A stretch of DNA of 64,000 bases, taken from positions 3,658,001 to 3,722,000 of the forward strand of contig NC_043022.1 of assembly GCF_006345805.1 (NCBI RefSeq). Reading direction: 5' to 3'. The translations under genes were made by a program, and so were the position numbers. The notes beneath the pieces are model-generated. The model worked only from the letters and a program-made list of their open reading frames with translations, ran no database searches and was not told the origin of the DNA. This DNA is from Octopus sinensis (Eukaryota). Shown piece by piece: positions 10,799 through 21,910 of the stretch. Every line of letters begins with the position of its first letter. Within the stretch, counting starts at the first letter, position 1.

Positions 10799-11160
10799 TA
10801 TTTCTTTACTGCCCACAAGGGGCTACACACAGAGGGGACAAACAAGGACAGACAAACGGACTAAATCGATTACATCGATCCCCAGTACACAACTGGTACT
10901 TATTTAATCGACCCCGAAAGGATGAAAGGCAAAGTCGACCTCGGCGGAATTTGAACTCTGAACGTAGCGGCAGACGAAATACCTATTTCTTTACTACCGA
11001 CAAGGGGCTACACACATAGAGGGGACAAACAAGGACAGACAAATGGATTAAGTCGATTACATCGACCCCAGAGCATAACTGGTACTTATTTAATCGACCC
11101 CGAAAAGATGAAAGGCAAAGTCGACCTCGGCGGGATTTGAACTCAGAACGTAGCAGCAGA
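10799..11160 (-). mobile_element. SINE family C headless dimer
   Basis: Two units with the same junction and a 10-bp TSD CTCCAATTCT (10789-10798 and 11161-11170). Confidence 0.8.
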
Positions 11161-11293
11161 CTCCAATTCTCTCTCTGTAAAATCACACTTATAAAGCATA
11201 GGGAGTGTCATGAGACACTGGTAATTAATGCATTAAATTAGAATGATGATGATGATGATGATGATTGGAGCAAATGGAAGGCGAAAGACTTAC

Positions 11294-11455
11294 CTCAAAT
11301 TGCTCTCCAGAAAACTCGTTTCCACAAAATTTACACAGCACCCGTCGTCTTGGGCAGGTAAATTCTAGATGGTCATGGACACACATGCGAGAGAGGAGAG
11401 CGGAACAGCTGTTGGGGCAGGACACAGCATCGTAGCGACAGATATCGAGATGACT
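11294..11455 (-). CDS. TRAF4: TRAF4-like exon, TRAF zinc finger
   Basis: ttcag/gtaagt boundaries, 162 nt: SHLDICRYDAVSCPNSCSALLSRMCVHDHLEFTCPRRRVLCKFCGNEFSGEQFE. Confidence 0.95.
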
Positions 11456-11842
11456 CTGAAGAAGAGGAACAACAACAAAATTGAGGTGGGGAGTGGTGGG
11501 AGGGTCAGGGAGAAAATAAACACATAAAACAAAAATAAAACTGTCCCTTAATATTCCTAAGTGATTTGGAGGAGATTTTAAGGGCTGAAAATATGATTAT
11601 TGTGTTTGGTGTTTCCTTTGCTGAGATGAGCAAAAGAAAATTAACAGAGTCAATTATATCGTTTGTCTTTTTACTTGTTTCAGTCATTTGACTGTGGCCA
11701 GCAAATCGACCCCGGGACTTATTCTTTGTAAACCCAGTACTTATTCTATCGGTCTCTTTTGACGAACCGCTAAGTGACGGGGACGTAAACACACCAGCAT
11801 CGGTTGTCAAGCAATGCTAGGGGGACAAACACATACACACAA

Positions 11843-11875
<33 letters not shown>

Positions 11876-12197
11876 CATATATATGACAGGCTTCTTTCAG
11901 TTTCCGTCTACCAAATCCACTCACAAGGCATTGGTCGGCCCGGGGCTATAACAGAAGACACTTGCCCAAGATGCCACTGTTCAAGAATCAATAATTTTGA
12001 AACACCTGCCGAATATAACGACCTCCATGCAATAACAGTTATTCAAACATAATCCTTAGAACCCAGTTAAGCCTTCAACTCCCTCATTTCCCCCTTTTCC
12101 CCTGTTCTTCAACATAAATATGAAAATTTAACAATTCAAAAATTATTAACGAAAGGATATCAAAGGCTTAATTAAAATAAATAATTATTAGACTTAC

Positions 12198-12302
12198 CTG
12201 TAATTTTCCCAGCTGGTCAACCCATTTGCATCCATCTTTGTAGTGTTTGCAGCGGATCAGACTGGTTGTGATCTCGGTGTAAAGGTTGTTATCCGGATAA
12301 AG
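12198..12302 (-). CDS. TRAF4: TRAF4-like exon, first zinc finger
   Basis: tccag/gtaagt boundaries, 105 nt: LYPDNNLYTEITTSLIRCKHYKDGCKWVDQLGKLQ. Confidence 0.95.
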
Positions 12303-12802
12303 CTGGAACGGAAAGGACAAACAATACAGAAACTCAATGGAATCAGCAATCAATTACTTATTTTCTTTTTTTTTTTTTTTACTCGTTTCAGTCATTTGAC
12401 TGCGGCCATGCTGGAGCACAGCCTTTAGTCGAGCAAATCGACCCCGGAACTTATTCTTTGTAAGCCCAGTACTTATTCTATCGGTCTCTTTTGCCGAACC
12501 GCTAAGTCACGGGGACATAAACATATCAGCATCGGTTGTCAAGCAATGCTAGGGGGACAAACACAGACACACAAACACATACATACATATATATATATAT
12601 ATACATTTTCTTATCTTGTATATATATATATATATACATATATACGACAGGCTTCTTTCAGTTTCCGTCTACCAAATTCACTCACAAGGTTTTGGCCCGA
12701 GGCTATAGTAGAAGACACTTGCCCAAGGTGCCACGCAGTGGGACTGAACCCGGAACCATGTGGTTGGTTAGCAAGCTACTTACCACACAGCCACTCCTGC
12801 GC

Positions 12803-13216
12803 CTATAATATAAATTGGACATGGGCGATCATTGTATTCTTTCTTGTCTTGAGGTTCACAGCCAAACGGCTGGGTGGATTCACTTAAAAACTGGCACGCA
12901 CGTGGAGACGGGTGCATACATTGGAATGCAGTTTGTATTTTTTTTCTTAACCCCCATATGGACCAAGAAAATCGATTAAAACTTTTCCTAATGGAATTTC
13001 TCTCTTTCTTCTGCCATTAAAACAACCAGTTGCTCAGAAGCTGTTTTCTGACAAAGGGGTGGGGGTCAGGAAATTTTCATACAGCTGGAGGCTCCAATCA
13101 AAACAGGGGACCCGAAACGATAAGGTTGACAAATGCTGTTATAGATTATACTTAACAGAAAACGATTACAGCCACATCATCCAAACAGACCGGGTGAAAC
13201 CGGGCTTAGCTGCTAG
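12803..13216 (+). mobile_element. Non-autonomous Helitron, family C
   Basis: CTATAATATAAA-type start, an AAACGGCTGG motif, and a 3' CCGGGTGAAACCGGG hairpin-like segment ending GCTAG|T. Confidence 0.6.
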
Positions 13217-14173
13217 TTTGAAATAGGCAGAGGCATGGCTGTGTGGTAAGAAGTTTGCTTCCTAATCATATGGGTTTGGGTTCAGTCCCACTGTGTGGTA
13301 CCTTGGACAAGTGTCTTCTATATCTGGTCAACCAAAGCCTTGTGAGTGGATTTGGGTGGCAGAAACAGAAAGAAGCTGTTTACATATTTATATATGTATG
13401 TGTGTGTATATATGCCAGAGAACCTCCCAAAGCTAGCCACCAATAATATCTAAGCATTATCTAAGCCTAATTAGATTAGCTATGAAGAAAAACCAACCAA
13501 TACCAAAGTAAGTGACCACCACAAACTATGAATCCACAAAGACTTTCCACTTTACAAGAATGAAGGATTAATGAGACTCAGATACAGGACATTCACAACT
13601 GAACATTTAACAAAATGTGTGTCTGTGTGTCCTAGTCTTGACATCATGTGATGGTTGTAAACAAGTGCCACTGTTGTACAAGCAGTGTCATTCCTTTCCA
13701 AATATTCTGCTAGAACAGGTCTAACCATGGGGGAAATATTACTTTGCTTGGAAACAGGTGAATGTTCATCACACACAACAGGCTTCCACCTGGTTTCTGT
13801 CTCCCCAAATTCACATACAAGGGCTTAGTCCATCCAGGGGTATAGTAGAAAACATTTACCCAAGGGGATTCACAGTGCGATTGAACCTGAAGCCAAGTAA
13901 ATGGCTTAACTGCACAGCCATGCCTGTACCTCTTGTTGGGTTTTTTTACAGTTGCATAATTATTTCTGAGTCAGAAAGAATTGTGACTCATAGAACTTTT
14001 TTTCTGAGTCAGGAAAATATTGTAATACTTTATTTATAAAGAATGGGTTTTTTTGGTCAAGATAAGTCAGATAATATTTACAGGAAAAATTGCAGTTTTT
14101 TACAGGAAAATATTTATAGATAATATTTACAGGAAAAATTGCAGTTAATTAAACAATGAGATAACTGGTGTAT

Positions 14174-14234
<61 letters not shown>

Positions 14235-14381
14235 CAAAGAGCAATAAAGATTCAAGTTAATTTAAAAGAATTTACTTGAATATGGTACCTAACTTAGATG
14301 CACCAAAAAAACTATACTGATTTAACATACAGTAATGTGGGGTGATTATAAGCGAGAAAGAAGCAACAAGAATGGATAGGT

Positions 14382-14472
14382 TTTTAGTACGATCGTTTCA
14401 TACAAGGACAGGTTTTATTAAAAGTTGCAAAGATTACAGCATATAAACGAGTCCCGTACTCATCAGCTAAAA
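14382..14472 (-). ncRNA. Type I hammerhead ribozyme motif (Penelope-type, palindromic stem III)
   Basis: The minus strand reads TTTTAG-CTGATGA-GTACGGGAC...GTCCTTGTAT-GAAA-CGATCG-TA^-CTAAAA. Stem I is 6 bp perfect, the core is intact, stem III is the palindrome ACGATCGT, and the predicted cleavage is after GUA (14388/14387). Confidence 0.8.
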
Positions 14473-15215
14473 TACATGTAAGTTCTCTAGACATCCTAGT
14501 GTTTGAGGCTATACTCATGAAGTAATGTAGATAATTAAACAGATTTCTAAAGTTCATTAAAGTTCTTTAAAGATGATGTACAGTCTTATCACAGAATTTT
14601 AAAAAAAGTTTTGATAGCATCACAGAGAAGGTGACCTAATCCATATGAATTTCCATAGATATTATGAGGGATTATATACTCACAGAAGACAAATTTATCC
14701 ATTGTTAATTACAACGAGGTGGGTCTCAATTCCTGCTTATTAGCATTACAGAGAGGGTGAATTAATCCTTTGTATAGATGCACAGATTCCAATGGTGTAG
14801 ATATATATATATATATACTCTTTTACTTGTTTCAGTCATTTGACTGTGGCCATGCTGGAGCACCACCTTTAGTCGAGCAAATTGACCCCGGGACTTATTC
14901 TTTGTAAGCCCAGTACTTATTCTATCAGTCTCTTTTGCCGAACCGCTAAGTGACGGGGACGTAAACACACCAGCATCGGTTGTCAAGCAATGCTAGGGGG
15001 ACAAACACACACACACATACACATATATATATATATATATATATACATATATACGACAGGCTTCTTTCAGTTTTCTGTCTACCAAATCCACTCACAAGGC
15101 ATTGGTCGGCCCGGGGCTATAGCAGAAGACACTTGCCCAAGATGCCACGCAGTGGGACTGAACCCGGAACCATGTGGTTGGTTAGCAAGTTACTTACCAC
15201 ACAGCCACTCCTACG

Positions 15216-15257
<42 letters not shown>

Positions 15258-15370
15258 ATATATATATAAACATAATAAAATAGGGTAATAATAAATCATT
15301 ATTACCAGTGGCCTAGCACAAAAAACAAATTAGTCATTAGACTATATACTATTCATATAGAAATACAATA

Positions 15371-15640
15371 AGAGGCTTCCAAATAGGAAGGATTTACAAA
15401 CCGTTAGTTCTACATGTGGATCTAGCAGTCTGTATGTCTGAAACTTAAAGGCTATCCCACTGAAGAAAACTGGCCTTCAGTAAATATTTTTTTGCTGGAA
15501 ATAGTTAGAAACCGCGGTCTGGGAAATAGTTGAGATGGTAAACGTTTTTAATTTTCATTCCTTTCGTGAATTTATCCTTTTTTGTGGTCTTGAGATTTCT
15601 ACTGCTCTTTCTAGCACAACGCTTTCCTATTTGGAAGCCT

Positions 15641-15642
<2 letters not shown>
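15371..15642. mobile_element. TIR-bounded 272-bp element with TA flanks (MITE-like)
   Basis: TA|AGAGGCTTCCAAATAGGAA...TTCCTATTTGGAAGCCTCT|TA. It contains the 15452-15529 hammerhead motif. Confidence 0.65.
15452..15529 (+). ncRNA. Type I hammerhead ribozyme motif (imperfect stem II base)
   Basis: CTATCCCA-CTGAAGA-...-GAAA-CCGCGG-TC^-TGGGAAATAG. The core is intact and stem III is the palindrome ACCGCGGT. Stem I is 5+3 bp. The first stem II pair is an A.A mismatch. Confidence 0.6.
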
Positions 15643-15702
<60 letters not shown>

Positions 15703-15723
15703 TATGTGGTGTGTGTGTGTGTG

Positions 15724-15925
15724 AAGGGGTGCTGAAAAGTTCCTGGCTTTAAGGGTATTGTGAAATGCCTGGTTGAAGGCCCAACCTTCTGAGTTCTTTT
15801 TAGAAAAACTGAAGGACCATTGCAATAAGTGTGAGAATCTGAGAGAGAAATATGTTGAACAAAATCATAATTGACTGATCCACTTGTATTTTCTTTAACC
15901 CAAAGCTAGGAACTTTTCAGCACAC
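15724..15925 (+). mobile_element. Internally deleted mariner element
   Basis: TIRs GTGCTGAAAAGTTCCTGGCTTT / AAAGCTAGGAACTTTTCAGCAC. The interior encodes HCNKCENLREKYVEQNH*, like the mariner transposase C-terminus (KCxxxxGxYVE). Confidence 0.7.
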
Positions 15926-16583
15926 ACCTGTGTGTGTGTGTGTGTGTGTGTGTGCATATCTTTTATCTTTTACTTGTTTGCAGTCATTAAACTGAGGCCA
16001 TGCTGGGATATTTGGTTGCTATTTCTAACTGGTTAGGAATCTTCAAAAAAAAATCTCCTTCATTAGCCCTGTACAATATCTATACACTGAACAAGTTTTA
16101 GTACAGAATCAGTGACAATAGTACTATATCTAATTCTAATATTAAAAGCACCATCCGTTCGTGTCCGTTGCCAGCCTCGCTTGGCCCCCGTGCCGGTGGC
16201 ACGTAAAAGCACCATCCGTTTGTGGCCATTTGCCAGTTCCGTCTGGCACCTGTGTGGGTGGCACGTAAAAAGCACCCACTACACTCATGGAGTGGTTGGC
16301 GTTAGGAAGGGCATCCAGCTGTAGAAACACTGCCAGATCAGACTGGGCCTGATACGGCCTTCCGGCTTCACAGACCCCAGTTGAACCGTCCAACCCATGC
16401 TAGCATGGAAAGTGGATGCTAAATGATGATGATGATGATGATATAATGGTCATACAGAGTTAACAGAACGTGGTGCTATGATGTCCACTAACTCAAACGC
16501 TCGCAGTTCCTGTGTTTCTCTTACCAAAGTTTAGTTCAGTCACAGAACCACCACCAAATGAATGTGTAATGAGAAGAACTTAC

Positions 16584-16635
16584 TTTGCTGTAGTCGAGAG
16601 GTTTGTCATCTTCAGGGCACTTGAATACACCGGCA
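16584..16635 (-). CDS. TRAF4: TRAF4-like 52-nt exon (end of RING region)
   Basis: cacag/gtaagt boundaries: x-AGVFKCPEDDKPLDYSK (human EGVFKCPEDQLPLDYAK). The exon sizes 52/105/162/162/156 equal those I recall for human TRAF4 exons 2-6. Confidence 0.93.
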
Positions 16636-18677
16636 CTGTGAAAGAAAGGGGAAAAAAAAGGGACAATCAAAGAAAAATGTAATCAATAAGGAAGGAAATA
16701 AAAGACAAGTATAGAAGGAGACTTAACCTCTTAAACATTTTGTTTTCAATTTCTATGCAAAAATTTTTTACTATTATTATTTATTTTGTATTTGTAAATA
16801 AGAAAGAATAAGTAGACAAATAATTTTGGATCAGTTATGATTTATGATGAAGTTACTGATAGAAATGATAGTTACTGGTAGTTAATGATAGAAAACGGGA
16901 ATAACATGATGAACGAAGTATTTTGGGTTAGAAAGAAGAGATGGATACCTCAAGAGTACAGCGAACGTATAGTTTCGTTCAAATATATATTTACTAGACA
17001 TCCCCAAACGAAAATATATGGGATGATATGTTAAGGGGTTACACAGCTTTAGACATCAGAGAAATGTTCTGGCTGTGTTGTTCTTTAATTCAGTGGATCT
17101 TAAGCTAACAAATACAAATGCCTACCCTTATCAACAATATATATATATGAAAATTTTAGCCCCATATCTTTATCAATCCTTTTGATCCCAACCAACTTAC
17201 AACTGCTCCTGATGCCATTATGCAAATTTGTTTTAAAAAAGCGATCTAAATTAAAACCTTCCATTGAAATTTCATGTAAATTTATATTCCAAACACCAGA
17301 TTAATAAAGTTATTTTACTCAATTTTCCACTATTTTTCACAAACACCAGCATTAGCATTCAGATTACTCTGTCAAATGTAATGCTTATTTATTCACATTG
17401 GCGTTAGGAAGGGCATCCAGCCGTAGAAACGCTGCCAGATCTGACCAGGCCTGATGAAGCCTTCCGGCTTCACAGACGCCAGTTGAACCGTCCAACCCAT
17501 GCTAGCATGGAAAACGGACGCTAAACGATGATGATGATGATTGTTTTGAATTTAGCTCCTTAGCTCCGAGATTTTGACAATGTGATTTTTTTAATTTTTA
17601 GAATGACATTGTCGGGTAGGTGTGAGAGGCCAGATCTGGCTAGTTTGAACGGGAAACGGAGAATGTTTGGGCCAGAAATGGCCAGTTTAAATGCTAAAGG
17701 GTTAATAATCACAAAGTTACTTTACCAAATTCTTCATTATTTTCATAATTAACTGAAACAAAGGCAGTGTATTTTAATAGATATATGGTAACATAAGAGT
17801 TAAAGTGATCTCAAAACCTTCCATCAAAATTTCAGGTTAATTTATTTTCTAAACACCAGATTAATAATGACTAAATTATTTCACTAAATTCTACATTATT
17901 TTCACAATTAACTGATACAAAAGCAATGTATTTCAACAGATATATGGTAACAAAAGGGTTAAAGTGATCAAAATTTCATGTTAATTTATGTTCTAAACAT
18001 CAGATTAATATTGGCAATTATTTTACTGAATTTTTTACTGAATTATAGTCAAAACTTTATTGCAACAAAGACATATAAAGTGTATTGTGAGGGAGATTTG
18101 GCTATTGATCAGGTATAGGCACGTTTGTCAGTGTAAATTGGTGGTCCTTATAGTGTTTGGTGATTTTATGATATTTGCAGGCCAAGACAACCCCTCCCTC
18201 TACACACATGTACTTGAGCCCCTATTTAACTCCTAGTACTCTATGAAGATTTGGAGTAAAAGCAACAATAACTTGAGTCATAAATACATATATGTATATA
18301 TGACAAGACAGAAAGTCACCTCCTCCTGTGCTCCCCCCTCACCATCAAAAAATCTTTGTCTTTCAAGTTATTTGGTGACCCCACCAGTGCTGGTGCCATG
18401 TAAAAATCATCCAGTCCACACAGTAAAGTGGTTGACATTTGGAAGGGCATCCAGCTGAAAAAAACCATGCCAAAACTGACCTCACCTGTGCTGGTGCCAC
18501 GTAAAGAGCACTGTGGCCATGCTGGAGCACCGCCTTTAGTCGAGCAAATCAACCCCGGGACTTATTCTTTGTAAGCCCAGTATTTATTCTATTGGTCTCT
18601 TTTGCCAAACTGCTAAGTGAAGGGGACGTAAACACACCAGCATCGGTTGTCAAGCAATGCTAGGGGGACAAACACAG

Positions 18678-18750
<73 letters not shown>

Positions 18751-19241
18751 TACGACAGGCTTCTTTCAGTTTCTTCTGTGGGGTGGTTGGTGTTAGGAAG
18801 GGCATCCAGCTATTAAAACCTTGCCAAAACAGACACAGAACCCTTGTGCAGTCTTTTGCCTAGCCAGCTCCTGTCAAACCATCCCATCCATGTCAGCATA
18901 GAAAACAGATGTTAATGATGATGATGATCATCATCATCATTTAGCGTCCACTTTCCATGCTAGTATGGGTTGGACAGTTCAACTGGGGTCTGGAAAGCCA
19001 GAAGGCTGCACCAGGCTCCAGTCTGATCTGGCAATGTTTCTATAGCCGGATGCCCTTCCTAATGCCAACCACTCCATGAGTGTAGTGGATGCTTTTTACA
19101 TGCCAGATGGGGCTGGCAAACGGCCACAGTCGGATGGTGCTTTTTATGTGCCACCGACACGGGGTCCAGGCGAGGCTGGCAATGGTTATGATCGGGATAT
19201 ATTTTGATAAACCCTGTGTGTGACACACACCAAGCTTATAG

Positions 19242-19296
19242 CAGCTGAAGAAATGTCACAATCATTGCATTGTGGACAAAGAAACTTAAAGTCTTG
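19242..19296 (+). ncRNA. Degenerate type I hammerhead motif
   Basis: CAG-CTGAAGA-aa-TGTCACAAT/ATTGTGGACA-aa-GAAA-CTTAAAG-TC^-TTG. The core is intact but stem I is only 3 bp. Confidence 0.35.
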
Positions 19297-19557
19297 AAAG
19301 TAAGTCACCAGACAGTTTCATTCAATACATATAGGCATGGAAACCAAAACAGGTGAGGACAGACAATTTTAATATCTTAAAAACTTAACAAATCTTTACT
19401 AATTAGTCTCACTCCACCCAGGTATTTACTATTTTGAAGGGACAAGCCTGTAGCCTTTAGTGGTTAAGTAATATTATCTTGTGTCTTTTTAGATAATTCT
19501 TTCCGTTTCCAACATAATATTCTGTTTTCAGAACTCAAGATACATTTTTACTTTTAA

Positions 19558-20071
19558 CCCTTTCAATACCACTTCTGGCTCTGTAGTACAAATGTCCTAT
19601 TTTCAAAAGTTCTGAATTAAAATTTTACACCAAACCTTAGTCCCAATTTATGTTCCTAACACTAGCTGAATGATAACTAAATTATTTTACTAAATTCTTT
19701 GTTATATTTAAAATGAATTGAAAGAAAACACAGAGCATCTCAACAGAAATATGGTAACAAAAGGGTTAAAGACAGTCAGTCAAATGTGCCTTCAATTTGC
19801 ACAAGATTTGGCTGCTATTTCTAACAAGTCAAACAAAATCTGCAAATAAACCCTTTTGATACCAACCTGGCTGAAACCGCTTCTGGCTCTGTAGTACAAA
19901 TGTCCTAATTTCATAAGTTCTGAATTAAAATCTTCCACCAAACCTTAGTCACAATTTATGTTCCTAACACTAGCTTAATGATAACGAAGTTATTTTACTA
20001 AATTCTTTGTTATATTTAAAGTAATTGAAAGAAACACAGAGCATCTTAAGAGAAATACAGTAACGAAAGGG
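19558..20071. mobile_element. Two adjacent piggyBac-like (TTAA, CCCTT...AAGGG) MITE copies
   Basis: 19558-19765 is flanked by TTAA at both ends, and 19851-20071 is a second copy. Related fragments occur at 17190-18060, 30630-30800, 48850-49483 and 57200-57480. Confidence 0.65.
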
Positions 20072-20419
20072 TTAATATATGAACTAACTAAATAGATGTA
20101 TATGGATGCGTGTAACTCTAAATATATCTGAGTGTGCATGCATGCGTATGTGTTCATGTGTGAGTGTGTGCATGTATGCACGTATGTGTGTGTAAGCGTA
20201 AACAACAAAGATAAAACAAGTGACAGGATTTGATTATAAGTTTTTTTTACACACATAAAACCACAACAGGAAACCAAATGTCATGCGTGCGACCCACATC
20301 ACCTCAAGAGGCATTTTGACCCAGCAAAAAGTTCCAGAAACAAAGAATATAGATGCATGCAATAACAGAGAATATGTACAGGGCCCTGGAAGGGAGTCCA
20401 GGCACAAACACACGCATAG

Positions 20420-20955
<536 letters not shown>

Positions 20956-21204
20956 TGTAGGTTGTGCCTATACATGGATGCAACTGAAAGCAGGAAAGGA
21001 AGGATTTAGCAGAAAACAAAAAAGTGACCCCTTTTGCCTGGCATAGAATAAAGGGAGAGACTATATAACCAACCAACAGACATACAAGACCTTATCATCA
21101 CCGAAAAGGGCAGAAAGAAAATAGGTGAAGAGACCCCATAAAAACTTCCACTTGCACAAAAAATAATAAATAGTGGCAAATGGTTACATCTGTAATATGC
21201 ATGA

Positions 21205-21250
<46 letters not shown>

Positions 21251-21458
21251 TGCGGGGGGGGGGGGTTCACCCATTCTAATCCCTTCTATTAAAGCACAAG
21301 ACCTGAAATTTGAGGGGAGGGGGTATGTCGATTACATCAATCCCAGTGTTTTCATGGGTTCTTAATTTATTGACCCCGAAAAGATGAAAGGCAAAGTCGA
21401 CCTCAGTGGAATTTGAACTCAGAACACGAAGACAAATGAAATACTGCTAAGCATGTCA

Positions 21459-21509
<51 letters not shown>

Positions 21510-21910
21510 AGAATTTTCAAATTTTGGCACAAGGCCAGCAATTTTAGGGGTGTGAGGAGAGGGTAGATGATTACATCACACCCCTCTCCACCCTTGACGC
21601 TAATGTTGATCGCGATGATGGTGGTGGTGGTGGTGGCCCTTAATGATACTGATAACAATGACTACGATAATTATGATGATGATGTGATGTCTACAATAAT
21701 AAAAAGAAGAAGAATGATGATAATAATAGTAATAATAATTCTATTACTAATATGATAGGTTTAGTTTGACACCAATAGGAAGGAGTTAGTAATCAGATTC
21801 TAGAAAAGACAGACATTATTCCTTAAGATTCCTTTGGGACATCAATACCAGAAACAGTGATGAAGGATGCACATGAGTATAGTTTAGGTGATGGTAGTTC
21901 TGTGCAAGTT

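Noticed and set aside
17445-17480. CTGATGA followed by an AGCC/GGCT hairpin
   Set aside because: No GAAA follows. It is a point variant of SINE family D, where other copies read CTGATGC or CTGATAC.
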